Origin: Gavia stellata
Taxonomy: Eukaryota
NCBI RefSeq assembly: GCF_030936135.1
Contig: NC_082594.1
Span: 19,458,879 to 19,522,878 of the forward strand
Length of the DNA stretch: 64,000 nucleotides
Reading direction: 5' to 3'
A program made the translations under genes and the position numbers. Shown in pieces: positions 36,427 to 49,043 of this stretch. The number at the start of each line of letters is the position of its first letter. The stretch's first letter is position 1. Under the pieces are notes generated by a model. The model ran no database searches. It saw only the letters and a list, made by a program, of their open reading frames with translations, and was not told where the DNA came from.

Positions 36427-37106
36427 TAAAAAAAAAGGGGGGGGCGAATAATGTAATCTTCTAAAATAAACTTGCAATCACACCTTTTTTCGTTCAGCTG
36501 ACCTCACTATCCAGATGCTCGTTCTGCTTAAAAGTGAGATAACTGTCCTGATTTTTACATTTATTTTAAAGATTAATTCTGTCTGCTATTTCAGTTGTCA
36601 CAATTTTTCCCATAGTTTTCCTGCTGATGATAAATGTTCTTAAGTAAAAAGCTACCCTTGATCACCTGTAAGTAATACCTTTTAGGTTTTTTCTTCTTTT
36701 GTTGTTGTTATTATATGTGGAATACTTTGAAAATACTTAGGTTTAGCTTCCCCCGACCCTATCCCTACCCAAAAAATAGTGGCTGGCTGTTTGGTTTGAA
36801 TTTTTTCTGCTGCACAGGTATGGAACTACTTTTTCTAATTAGCAGTGAATCTTATCTAAACTCTTGACTCAGCTCATGCTTTTTGAATGTAGATTTGCAA
36901 GACTGACACTATCCTAGTTCACAAATTTTTTATTTCTTTCAATTTTAAACTGCTGTAGGTTATTACGCAAAAGGTAGGATCTCTTGCAAGACAAGTTTAG
37001 AAACAACTTCTAATCTGCCGTACCAGTTTTTTAATCCTTTCCTTCATTTCCACTTTCTCTTACTAAACTTGACTTAAATTTCAGGAAAGCTTTTCTTTTC
37101 ATATAG

Positions 37107-37226
37107 GTACAGTACATAGACCATGGTTGCATAGAGAGGATTCCTCAGTGTCATCTGTATCCAACTACATTGTATACTGGTATTCCTCCATTTTGCATAC
37201 CCTGTCAGCTTTACAAGACAGTACCA
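37107..37226 (+). CDS. RNF17: RNF17 coding exon, Tudor domain 4 ([40 protein letters not shown])
   Basis: Acceptor catatag|gta and donor cca|gtgagt; human [40 protein letters not shown]. Confidence 0.9.
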
Positions 37227-38124
37227 GTGAGTAATGGTAAATTTGAAGACTTTTTAGTAGGTAGTTACTCAAATCGATACACTGTTCAGTCTTACAAAGA
37301 TTGAGACTAGTTGCTGGTATTTTTTTCTTGCCTATGAGGATTCAGAGAATAGCTGATGAGGATCATTTCAGTAAAGCAGCCTTTTATCAGGAAATGCCAG
37401 ATTGCTTTATGAAGTGGCCATGCTTCAAAAGTAGCTGTCATTGGAATTAAATCTTCGTGACACAGGACACTGCAGTAGTTGGCAGGATGATACTCTGAAG
37501 TGGTAGTTCATTTTGCAATAGCAACAACAAGAAGTAAGACCTAGATTTCTTAATGCAAAATAGCCAGAAAATTGTAAATCTTCAAGTCCTGCAAAAGTGT
37601 TTCTATCATTCTGAATTTAGCTGTGTAGGAAACAGTCTGTTATGCTAAACTAATACAAATGAATTGTTTTAGGGGCTTTTGTTAGTAAGTAATTGATATG
37701 TAAATAACATCTTCACATATCATCACGTCTTATTCAAATTTGAATGATGCATTTAGTAAATGTGAATTACTGAAATGACCAGCTTACTTTGAAACTTATT
37801 TTTAAAGAAAACCTTTGTATTGCGGGAAGCAGTTGAACTGATAGATTAAGAAAGACAGGCTTATAAGCCTACAGGTTGGGAGGCAAGCAGATACTGCAGG
37901 CAATAAAAGAAGTATTTAAAGTATCCTGTGTTTTCTATTGTCTGTTAAGTTATCTTCGAGTGTAATTCTGTAAACTGTTGTAGAAAAATCAAACTAATGA
38001 TGTGTGTTTTCAAGTAAGTTTTTCAATGATAGGCACGTATTTTCATCTTACTGTGTTAAGAATACTAAGGGTGTTACTTGTTAGCATCTTAATGTATACG
38101 GGTTTCTTGCTTTTCACCAAATAG

Positions 38125-38205
38125 ATTGGAAATTTTTGGCAGCAGGATGCAGTAGATTGTCTTCAAGAGCTACTTACAAATGAAGAGGTTGAAATACATG
38201 TTCAG
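38125..38205 (+). CDS. RNF17: RNF17 coding exon (IGNFWQQDAVDCLQELLTNEEVEIHVQ)
   Basis: Acceptor ccaaatag|att and donor ttcag|gtagct; human [27 protein letters not shown]. Confidence 0.85.
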
Positions 38206-38890
38206 GTAGCTGAATTTATGAATAAATGTGGAATGAGGCTTACTTTTTGTTCTCTTTTTTTTTTTCTTTTAACTTGCATTAAGAATAATAGGTGAAGGAG
38301 TATAGCAGTAAATACATTTCTTAGACAAAACAAAATCCAAAGCCAAAGTTAATTCTCCTTTGACTTTACCTTTATTACAGTTTTCAGGCCTTAAATATGT
38401 CCTTTAGAGGTCTTACTATTTATTGGTCCTGTTTGTATTCTGTGTTGTCATTCTGACAAGCAACCTACCTACCAACAGCATAAATTCTTCTAAATTCAAT
38501 TTTAAGGAATTAAAATTTGGCATAATTAAGTATGGATGTGTTTAATATATTAAACATTTCAGGAAAACACATAATCTGTATTGTCTGAAAACCTGCAATT
38601 TCAGATAGTTTAATTTCTAATAATAAATTGTGAAAGGGAAGGGTTTATTGTTGAGTGAGCAAACATGGGATAATGTTTTGGTGTTACTCTGAGTAGTCGG
38701 TGCTGCCATTCCAGAGATATATTCCCATTTGTGTCGTAACTGATGTTAATAGCCGTCCTTACTGGGTTTGTATCTTTGATGAATGAGTATGGTGTACATA
38801 GGAATGACAGGTTTGAATTTCCTGGTCATTGTTTCTAAAACCTCAGTCATGCTATTATTGTTATAATGTTATTTTGTCTTGTGTAAGTAG

Positions 38891-39016
38891 GAATTACCAG
38901 ATAAACCATGGGGCAAATTGTCCATCAGACTGTATTTTGGTGGAATGTCGCTTTCTTCCTTCATGGCGTACCAGAAGTACTGTGTTGCTGAAGATTGTCA
39001 GGACATACCAGAGCTG
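38891..39016 (+). CDS. RNF17: RNF17 coding exon ([42 protein letters not shown])
   Basis: ORF 38918..39151; acceptor gtaagtag|gaa and donor gagctg|gtgaga; human [31 protein letters not shown]. Confidence 0.85.
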
Positions 39017-42000
39017 GTGAGATTTTTTTTGTGTGTGTGTGCGTCTTTTGCTGTTATTATTTTGACATTAAAAAAGATTACTCAGTTGCTTGTTGTGACC
39101 TTTGATGATTTGTTACTTCTTTTTATATTTCTGTACAGTTTTGCGATGTAAACAGCAGTGAGACTAAGTACACAACTCTGTAGCATAACAAGTGTAGATA
39201 TGATGTATTGATAAGATTGTATGGAATAGCAAATTGGCAAGAATTTGTTCTTGGACTCCTGACTGAAAAGAGATTCTTGCATTTCTGTTTAAAGTCCAGT
39301 TAGTTTTTGTGTTACTCTAAAATTTACAAGGATAGGAATAGGGTAATATTTTTATCACTTGGAGGGATTAGTTAATCATAGAAATATATCCAAGGATGGA
39401 GATACTAAAATTAAATTTAATAAAGTATTTCAACATAAATGTAGTGATTTCTAAGGGAGTTACCTAGGTTCTTCATTCCAAGTGTCTGGGATATTCATCT
39501 GATGTTCTTTAGAGGAGGATTGAAATTTTCACCAAACTTCATTGTCTTAACACAAAAAATTTAGATAAGTAATTTCTTTGTATTTTTTTTCTTGAAATCT
39601 GAGGATTAGGTTTCTTTAAATTACTAAGGCTTTCTTGTTGTGTTTTTTTTGTCTTTAACTCTGTTTAAGCCTGCCAATGTATTTTTCTTTCCAACATGAG
39701 TCTCTGCTTCAGAAAACAATTTTACAATACAGAGTACACTGCTGATGTAAATCTTGGCATGTATACCAGTGGACTTGTGATGCAGTAACAAAAATCTCTC
39801 AGTGTGTGTTAGAACTGAGTAGCCATGGAAAAACCTAATTGTAAATCAGTCTCTTGTTGCATTTTCATAAAGTCAGAACATGACACACAACTATCAGCAA
39901 ACTAAGTATGGATCTTGAAATGAGATTGTACCCTTAAAAATGAAATTTGGAAAACAAAAATAAAGCAGTGTAAGAAAGTTGTAAGCAAGAAGCATTCAGA
40001 AAGCCTGAAATGCTTTCAGCAAGGAATACAGCATTAAGCAGATCCATTCCAGGAATAAGTGGTTCAGAAAAATTCATGAGAAAATGACTATCAGAGGTGT
40101 TCAGTTGTGGACCGGAAAAGGAGCAAGGCATCGAGAGCTCAAGCTGGTTCCAGGAGGAGAACCTCTGGAAGAGCAGAAGCAGGCAGCTCTGAGAACATTG
40201 AAACATAATCAGCTCTGGGTTTAGCGGTAGGGGCTAAGCAGCCATCCTCACAAACCAACTGATATAGTGCATTGACTAAAGGATACTATTATTATATAAA
40301 GTATAGCCATTATATATTTTATTATTTTATGGTTTTGTAACTTTATTTCATTGATTCAGATCTGTGTTTTCAGGTAAGTAATCTCATAAGGACTGTATTC
40401 TGTTCTGTGAGTGTTGCAATTCTGTTAATAGTGGTAATAAGCTGCTTATGCAGAGCCTGCTGCACCTGTGTCTTGCTGCAGAGTGTATTCTTGTCTTTGA
40501 GATACACTTCTGTTGAGCTGCACAGGTGAGTTTAGGAGTTGGTCTTCATTACCATATGACAATCCTAGCTTGGTCGTTAACCAGAAAATTCCCTAGTAGG
40601 CGGTAGGATACTGGAGAGCACACCAGAACCCCAAGCGTGGTGAGCTTACAGCTGTGAATCTCATTTTAGGGGTGTGTGTACATATATGTACATACTTACC
40701 TATATATACAAGAACATTATACTGTGCTATTTTTTCATTTGGCTTGGGGTTGATGGGGTTTTTTTGGTTGGTTGGTTTTGTTTGTTTCTCTGCCACTGTG
40801 AACCAGAACTGAGTAGCCAGGTGCTGCCTTGTGCGCATACATTCAGGCATGGGGGACTATGACCTTGCTTCATTTGACAGACAAGTTTTTAATCACTTTG
40901 TTCTGAGTTCAGGCTTAACTAACAACTTTTAGAATCACTTTTTCCACAGCAGTTGACTGCAAACCATTTCCAACTATCTGAACCAAAATCAGTTCAAAAT
41001 TCCTTATACAGATTATTTTTGTATTTAACTGCATTGCGTAGTGGCCCCTTTACAGTGAGGTACTTGAAGTCTGCAGATTTTAAGCTCATAATCTGAGCAA
41101 ACACCTGGCCAGACTGTTCCATCTTAATCCACCCCTGGAAATGCCAACGCTATTTTTTTGGAATAGTCTGTTAGTTTAGGTCAGAGGAGAGATGCGCTTC
41201 AAACTGCTGTTGACGTATTAGTCATATTCATTCAGTTAGCACCTGCCTTCTGAATGACAGTAAAGGAGATGCTGAAAAGACTTCATGCAAAGCCATTTTT
41301 GACGTTACTGACTTGTAGTCATCACTTTCGGCATCACCAGGAGCTGTCAGCCGGCCAGCAATTTTTTAGATCAGTGTCTTTTCAGGCAGAGAGAGAAATC
41401 TTTTACTGCAGTTGATGTTGCAGTACTGCATGCGTCATTACAAATTCTAGCACGGAGATTGCTATGTGGTTTGGCACTTGAACTTGCAGGAAGGCTTACT
41501 CCTCCTGTCAGTATTCCTCACTTTTAAATAGGCAGTTAATTTCCTCTAAAACCAATGATCTGTACGACTGAAAGACCTGCCAGATACCCTAAGCCGTTGT
41601 TTCCCTGTTAGGAATGTAACAGGACAAGCCTGGATGAAGGGCAGTGGTGTCAAATGACTGTGGACATATGTTGAAGGCCAGCCATGTGGGTTGAAGGCCA
41701 GCTGTGTGGGTCATAAGTCCCACCACCTCTTGAGACCAAGACCTGCTATATCTGCAACAAGACTAGTGGAAAAGCATTCTGCAGACTTCTAGATAGAAAG
41801 CCCTTTCTGCTTTCCTTTTGTCAATGTGAGAGTAAAGACTAAGATACTCTGTACGTTTCAGGGACATACAGAATCTGAGACTTGGCAGACTATCACTTCG
41901 GTCTTCATCATCCTAAAGATGTCTTTAATTGCCTCAGGCTACTGGGTGGGCTCATGTAGGCTGTTCATAAACAAAGCTTTGCATGTGGTAGAAAAGGAAG

Positions 42001-43591
42001 TACACTATGACACACTGCACTGCAGCCTACCATTTACTTAGTTTGGATTAAATTCTTCATGCTGAAAAGCACTCTTGTGTTCCCTTATTAAGTGTACAGT
42101 ATTATGTAATGTGTAAAATATATATTAAAAATACGTAATTTCTGCTGTGGCTTTACCGATGTAATAAGGAACGTAAGCCATTTCTAGATTTTTAAAGAAC
42201 AGATGCAAAGGCAGAAAGGATGGGAGACAACTGTTTGAAATAGGTAACTCCTGAAGATGTCTTGGTAGAACATCTTTTTAGTACCAGTATTTACAACTGG
42301 ACTGTCTATGTGTAAGTGTCACAGAGCTAGCAGTAACCAATCTACTGACAATAAGAAAAGACTATTAACATTAGCAGCCAAAATGCAAGTGCAGTTTTTC
42401 TTTCAAAGACATGCACAAGAGTTGACTAAGATACCCAGCTGAGCTTCGTGCAGTGCTCAGTTGGGAATGAGCTGGAATTTAAGTTGAATCTTTAGAGCCA
42501 GGTGTAGTCAGGTGGCCTGTTACAATGTTCCTGATTGTTTTGCAGAAATCTGGCATTTAGTTTTTATGTATCTATGATATAGTCAGACATCCTTTCTTTA
42601 CTAGTATTTATCAAGATAGATTTTTTTTTTTTAATCTTAGTACTACATACTTTCAATGGAAAAGCTGTTTTTCCCTAGTGAAGTCTGAGGAACATGGGTT
42701 TTTTTGTAGTATATTCTATGTCAGATCGTGCAGGGAGAAGAAGAAAAGGTCAGAATTTATTGTTTTATTTTGCAGTTATATATATCTGGTTGCTTATACT
42801 TTTCTTTTTGTTCTGGGCATAATGAAAACTGTTCATCAAATAGATGTGTAAAAATAAAACATATTTTAGAGAAATTGCACCTTTTGTTATGTATCATATT
42901 AAAATACAAGAGAGAATTGGAGCTGTATTTGTGACCTATGATCCACCCTTATAAAGGCATAATTTAATGCACCAAGGTTTATTTTGCCGTGAACCAAATG
43001 ATTTAATGGCATCTAGAACTCAAAGTGTAAAAGACATGGTTCTAGAAAAAGACACACTGGAGCATGCTGTGCTGGTGAGACAATAGGTATCTGTAGTTTG
43101 CAAAATCAGTTATGTTTTTGAAAGAGTGATAATTTTGGTGACTGAGGAGTTAAATTATCCTTTGCCTTTCTCGTAAGGGATAACTTGCTCTGGCAAACTG
43201 CAGTAACATTGAGCATGGCATTCAGGTTAATCTGTGCCTATTAATTGCTATTATTTTAGGGTTTCTTCATAAATATTTTCTCTCTTTAAAAGGAATTCCG
43301 TATTTAAGGCATTTCTGAATTAACGGCAATCAAGTTAGCAAGTCACCATGTTGGGACCATTTCAAACATACTCTTTGTATTTTAAAAGTGTTAATTAACT
43401 AGTTCTGTTACCTTATTAGCTTTTTTAAAAAGCTAATAAGTATTGAAAGGAAATGCTGATTTAGTATTTTTTTCATATAGGACACACTGTTTACAGTGTG
43501 TAAATAACTCCTTTGAACCAGAAATCATACCAAAGCTTGTTTGCATTTTGATGCTAAATATAGTGCTTGACTAAAGTCTGTCTTGGTCTAG

Positions 43592-43702
43592 GAGCTACTT
43601 GAAGGAGACATTCCTGTTTTGCCTTCATACACGTTGCCACTGCTACCTACTCCAGGAGGTACCTTTCCTGTCAGAGTTACCCATTTGGTGTCCCCTAAGG
43701 AG
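43592..43702 (+). CDS. RNF17: RNF17 coding exon (ELLEGDIPVLPSYTLPLLPTPGGTFPVRVTHLVSPKE)
   Basis: Acceptor tggtctag|gag and donor aaggag|gtacgt; phase 0 to 0 with the flanking exons; human ...PLLPPYLSS...VQVKHVVSPNE. Confidence 0.75.
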
Positions 43703-45444
43703 GTACGTTTTGTAAACATCTCATATATGTTGCAGACAGGAAATATTACAGTCCCATCATGCTGGTGAAAAGGAAATCATAGCTAACAATTTTAGGTAAT
43801 ACAAAAAGTATTAGTAAGGTTGCAAAATGCTACTGTGTTATTGATACAGATGGTTGTGCAATGCAACTATCTGAATGAACTTTTACTTGAAGTACCCTCT
43901 TGGGTGGGGGCAGAGAAATAACTACTGACCATTTCCCTAAAATGAATTTTAAGAATTACAGTACTGTAGTCTGGTACTTACCTTGTATAATAAGAAAATA
44001 GGTCATTGGATTTTAACTTGGCAGAACAATAATGATTTGCTACTTCTTTATTCTCCAAAAATTGAATTACTGGAACATTGTACAGTAATGTGAACATTTT
44101 CTGGCTGTTACAATTGTATTTTACTGCCTTTTAATTGATGATTGATCTTTGATTTTTGTGTAAACCCACACAGCTTCCCTCCAGTAGTCTCCCAGGCAAA
44201 AGGTGGAATGTAATGTTCATTGAACAAATAAAAGACTCCTATGTGGACTTCAAATGTTGAATGATGAAATAGGAGAACAGGAAGCATTGAGAAGCTGATC
44301 GTGTTACAAAATCTAACATCTTCTAAGTGGATTGATTTATTTTGAAGTGCTTGTGTTGGTTGTTTTGGTAAATCTGTAAACCAAATAACAGGTTTTATAG
44401 TACTGAAGTGATTGCTTTAAATTCAGCATGATGGTCTAATATAAATTCACCACACTACCTCACTTGAGTATACACATCTTCAAAAAAAAAAAAAAAAGTA
44501 TAGTGTACATATACAACTGTTTTGACTAAATACAAGATGGAGGTGTTTGGGTATCTTAGAAAAGGAGCTTTTCTTAAATTGTGTATTCTACTTCCTGTCT
44601 TACAGGAGAAACATTATAATGAATATTTTTTGGTTCATTTTGTGCAAATGATTTGAACTCTTGCTTTTGAACATGGTTTATAATTGTAAACACTAGATCC
44701 TGCTTTGGACTCCTGTAGATTTAAGTAGCAGTTGCATGATGGAGTTGCGGCTTGATTGTATTGTGTACAAATTAGAAAATGAAAATTAATTTTCTTTCTG
44801 GCTAGTGAATTATAATGCTGAGTTTAGAAAAAGTAATAACCTACTCATTAATTTGTTTGGGCTATCCGTAAAATATCATAATGTTCTGAAATGGCTCTGT
44901 TTTTAAAAAAGTTATAAACTGTTATGTAGATTTCAATTCACCTGTGCATGTTGTTTAAACTTTCATTTTCTTGACCTACAGCATTATACTGATGATCCAG
45001 TTGTAAATTAGGTGAATGGAATGTCTTTTCATAACAAACAAAAAACCATTTCAAAAGTTCTTCTTTCATTAACTTTAAAATTAATCTTTGGTTTGATATT
45101 ATGAAGTGAGATTATTTACCAAGTAGCAAGAGGGAGGAATCCTAACAAGACACAGCTGTGAAATCTTATATGGGTATATTCTCTAGTATGTGCGTTCCTT
45201 TCATTCTTACTTTTTAATATTGAAATGTGGTGTTAACAAATCATGACTGTCTTCTGCTTTTGGAAAAAATTTTGTGTAATTATGAAATGATTCATAAGTT
45301 GAGGAAGGAAGAAAGGGGAGCAAGGATGTGCTGAACCTTTCAAAGATGGGAACAAGTAATCTAATAATTCTTGATAACTGATGGAATTTGAAGGTTCTAA
45401 GTTGTCTGCAAAAAATGTAATATGAGAGCCTTTTCTTTGAGTAG

Positions 45445-45601
45445 GTATATATTTGCCTTGATCCTTCTAAGAACCTTATGAAGCAGTCTACCACAGAGGG
45501 AGATGCCAACTGTGACTCAGAGTTGGAGACCCTTGATGAAGCCCTGAAATGGTGCAATAAAAGTGTGGAGTCTCTTCCTCTAATAACACACTTCCAAACA
45601 G
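45445..45601 (+). CDS. RNF17: RNF17 coding exon (VYICLDPSKNLMKQSTTEGDANCDSELETLDEALKWCNKSVESLPLITHFQT-)
   Basis: Acceptor gagtag|gtatat and donor aaacag|gtacat; human VYICLDSIETS...[26 protein letters not shown]. Confidence 0.75.
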
Positions 45602-45714
45602 GTACATTAGTGTGTTTATTTTCCCTGTTATTTCCTGTGGATATACAAAAAGCCTGAAATTATTTCTGAAGAACAGGAATAAGTAAGGCATAACACTACA
45701 CTATAATCATATGA

Positions 45715-46093
45715 CAGACTATAATCAGGACTGTAAAAACAGGAGGCTGAGGGGAGACATCATCACTCTCCACAGCTACCTGAAAGGCAGTTGTAGCAAG
45801 GTGGGTGTCAGTCTCTTTTCCCCAGTAACAAGTGATAGGACAAGAGGAAATGGCCTCAAGTTGTGCCAGGGGAGGTTTAGACTGGATAATAGGAAAAACT
45901 TCACTGAAAGGGTTATCAAGCATTGGAATAGGCTGCCCAGGGAAGTGGTTGAGTCACCATCCCTGGAGGTATTTAAAAGATGTGTGGGTGATGTGCTTAG
46001 GGACATGGTTTAGTGGTGGACTTGGCAGTGTTAGGTTTACAGTTGGACTGGATGATCTTAAGGGTCTTCTCCAACGTAAATGATTCTTCTATA
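45715..46093 (+). mobile_element. CR1 LINE 3' fragment in RNF17 intron 28
   Basis: ORFs 45711..46013 and 45832..46083: ...[16 protein letters not shown]...[31 protein letters not shown]; 3' tail ...ggactggatgatcttaagggtcttctccaacgtaaatgattcttcta. Confidence 0.85.
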
Positions 46094-46899
46094 ATTATAT
46101 GGGTTTACTTTTCATGAAATTGAGACTTCTGTGTCATTCTGCTCCAATGAAAAACGATGGAAAGAACTCAGACTTGTGATGCCTGTTAAAGTTTATGAAC
46201 TGTGTTTAGATTGCATATGGCAAAAATAAACTTTTCCCTTAAGGTGAATGTCACTGAGGCTGTAACTGTGAAAATCTTGATATTGAATATTCAAAAGACA
46301 CAAGAGTTAGAAATTATGTGAACCCTAAAGAGCATCACTTCACTTCAATTCTGAATTTCTCTGTTTACACAAAAGACGGGCTTTAATTCTCTTGTCCACA
46401 GCTGTTGGGCCTAAAATAACAAAGTATATGGGTCTAGAACTTTGTGAAGAAAATAGTTATTATTGCTAGTACTTGGTTCTACCAACTAATAAAATTCTGG
46501 TTGAGATTTTAGGCAGCATCTGCCTTGTGTCCCCCAGACTATTGTCTGTTCTCTTACAGAGCAATCTGTTTACTAACTGAAATACGCAAAAGAGTCAAAG
46601 TTGAAAAGTGGAAATGTTAAACAGTTTGGATCACTGTCTTTACCAAGCAATTTTCTGTTAATTCTCATCATTGCCATGTGAGGCAGAGAAACTTGACTTA
46701 AATTGCGTACTAGTGATTGTGAATTGGAGTTCAGAGAACTGGAGGATGCATAGAACAAAATAGTAGCATGAATTAGAAAAGGAATAAAAAAAATCTTCAT
46801 CTCGGTCACAAAGTAAAATGGATTCTCAAGTTCATTTAGTTTGTACTGCACTGTGAGTATATTTTGGGTTGTTTTGTGGTGTTTTTTTTCTTTTTACAG

Positions 46900-47035
46900 A
46901 AATGCCTTGCCTTGTAGAATACCAGGATGGTTTATGGTATAGAGCAAAGCTCCTCTCTGTTGAAGAATTTGATCCTGTTAAGATCCTGGTTCAGTTTGTT
47001 GACTATGGTAGTTTTTCAGTTGTCCCAAGAAGCAG
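46900..47035 (+). CDS. RNF17: RNF17 coding exon, Tudor domain 5 ([45 protein letters not shown]-)
   Basis: Acceptor ttttacag|aaatg and donor agcag|gtaaat; human [38 protein letters not shown]. Confidence 0.9.
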
Positions 47036-47039
47036 GTAA

Positions 47040-47200
47040 ATACATAAGAAAAAAAATGAATGTAAAATGTCTATGTGTGTATGTATGTGTACAATTATAT
47101 TATAAAATATGTACTTACAAATAAGTGTATGTATTTTTTATATTTAATATTATTTATTTTTATATAACTATAGATATTTTATTTATAATAATTTAGCATT
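47040..47200. repeat. AT-rich low-complexity / (TATG)-like simple sequence
   Basis: gtctatgtgtgtatgtatgtgtacaattatattataaaatatgtacttacaaataagtgtatgtattttttatatttaatattatttatttttatataactatagatatttta. Confidence 0.7.
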
Positions 47201-47712
47201 AGATTTCAGTTGGAGAGAAAGTTGGTTGGCTGGTTAAATAATTTCTGTCTGCAGGGTATGGGGTTATGCACCTGCTTCTCTTTCTCAGGTTGTTCTGAGA
47301 AGCCCATTAGTATAATACCAGATTTCTCCATCATCTTCAGGTTACTTAACCTGTGAAATAGGCCAAGGCTTATAATCTGCTTTTGCACCCAAGAAGCTTA
47401 CACAAAATAGGGACTGAGCCCTCCAGGTGTACAAACAAATCCTCTGATCCTGTGCAACTGCAATCTTCACAGAAGACACCCAGGGAATAAGATAAGGGAG
47501 TATCTGAATGGGACACACCACACTCTGCTTGTGTTGAAAATGGGAGTTCAGATCTCTGTTCTGCCTCGTGCTGAGCCGCTCTAGGAACTGCTCCTGTGCT
47601 GACACACAGACGTCAGCTGAATGTCTCAAACAGCCCAGGCTTTTAGGGTCCCTTAAGCTTGTCTGAATTTTCTCTCTTGAAGCACTTTCACTTAATGTGA
47701 TTACACAGTGTG

Positions 47713-47732
47713 TATATATATATATATATATA
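47713..47732. repeat. (TA)10 microsatellite
   Basis: gtgtatatatatatatatatatatagac. Confidence 0.9.
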
Positions 47733-48400
47733 GACTTGCTCTTGAGCTTATTGGGGAATCTACAGGTCCTTGCTGAAGATGAGGCAAAATGGGGATTTGA
47801 ACAGATTTCCTGCTTCACAGACTGTTAGGGTCATGGGAGAGAGAGTGTGTTTTATTTCAGGGTTGCACTTCGTGCTCTGCTTCCCCACTCCCTTGCTTCT
47901 GGGACAGAAAGATAGAAGAATGGGGAGATGATAATATAAAACTAAGGTACCTATTTCCAGTAGTGTGTCTAGAGCACATCCAGACGTGAAGCGTTTTGGA
48001 CTGCAAAGGTATAAGTCATTCTCCAGATGCACCAGATTTGGAGCCTGCATTGTGATGACTTGCACTTGCATTCCTGTGCTCAAATCTGTATTAGGCACTT
48101 GAGACTCCTCCCCAAGCATTGTAATGGGAAGCCAGTGTGCCTGGTAGGCTGAGGGGTCTGCATGATACTGGCCTGCTTGCTTCTTGATAGTTACTGTGCT
48201 GAAGTCCTTCAGAGGGCCTAGCCCTACCTGTTGAACTGTTCAGTCTGACACCAGCCTGTTACTGTAGAGCGGGGACTCTGATCCCAGTTTCTACACCATG
48301 AATCTACTGCATGAACCATTAAGCTATCCTTATGTCCATGCTGACAGTTTAGCTTGACAGTTGGATTGTTGCAGGCAAACATTTTTCCTTTTTGTTTTAG

Positions 48401-48590
48401 ATTGCGTCACATACCTTATCATTTGCTGAAGTACCCTGTTCAGGCAGTACGAGTTCTGTTGGCTGGATTTAAACCTGCTTTATATGACAAAAACGTGAAA
48501 AGAATTCCTTATTCCCCAGAATGGAGTGTGGAGGCATTGTGGGCTATGATGGAGTGCGTTGAAGGAAAACAGCTCTTTGCTTCCATACTT
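48401..48590 (+). CDS. RNF17: RNF17 coding exon, Tudor domain 5 ([64 protein letters not shown])
   Basis: ORF 48354..48698; acceptor tgttttag|att and donor atactt|gtgaga; human ...[17 protein letters not shown]...[25 protein letters not shown]. Confidence 0.85.
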
Positions 48591-48944
48591 GTGAGAAACA
48601 CTTTCTTTTTTTTTCTCCTAGTTCTTGCTCAGCCTAAAATGCTTACTAGCACTCTGAGTATAATTTCTGAGTATTTGTTTTATGGTGAACCCTCATAATT
48701 TAAAATTGTGAACCTTTTACCATGAAGAAATGCTGATGAAGAGTGAAAATCATGTGGCACTCTTAATCGTGCAAACAAAAAGTTTCTGAGCATTCCTGTT
48801 CTATTAAAAACAGTTTCCTTTACTTACAAACAGAAATATTTGTATAGTCACAATTCCATTTAGGCAGTGAACCAACTTTCACTGTTGGTTAGCTTGAGAT
48901 TTAAATCTGTTACTGTCAAAACTCTGTCAACTTCTGGTTTTCAG

Positions 48945-49043
48945 GCTTTTTCACCAGAGGTCATCATTTCTTTGTATGAAGATGACAAAAACCTAGTTCA
49001 TATGAAACTGATAGAAATGGGACTTGCAGATTTGGATGAGTGA
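48945..49043 (+). CDS. RNF17: RNF17 terminal coding exon (AFSPEVIISLYEDDKNLVHMKLIEMGLADLDE*)
   Basis: Acceptor ggttttcag|gct; in-frame TGA at 49041-49043; human C-terminus ...[23 protein letters not shown]. Confidence 0.85.
   Translation, partial: AFSPEVIISLYEDDKNLVHMKLIEMGLADLDE

Noticed and set aside
40060-40210. Purine-rich segment (ggaaaaggagcaaggcatcgagagctcaagctggttccaggaggagaacctctggaagagcagaagcagg) with an antisense 90-aa ORF, as a possible extra RNF17 exon
   Set aside because: Exons 38891-39016 and 43592-43702 already join in phase 0, giving ...DIPEL-ELLEGDIPVLPSY and paralleling human ...EELLSAETDTPLLPPY. No additional exon is needed, and no frame is open across a plausible acceptor/donor pair here.
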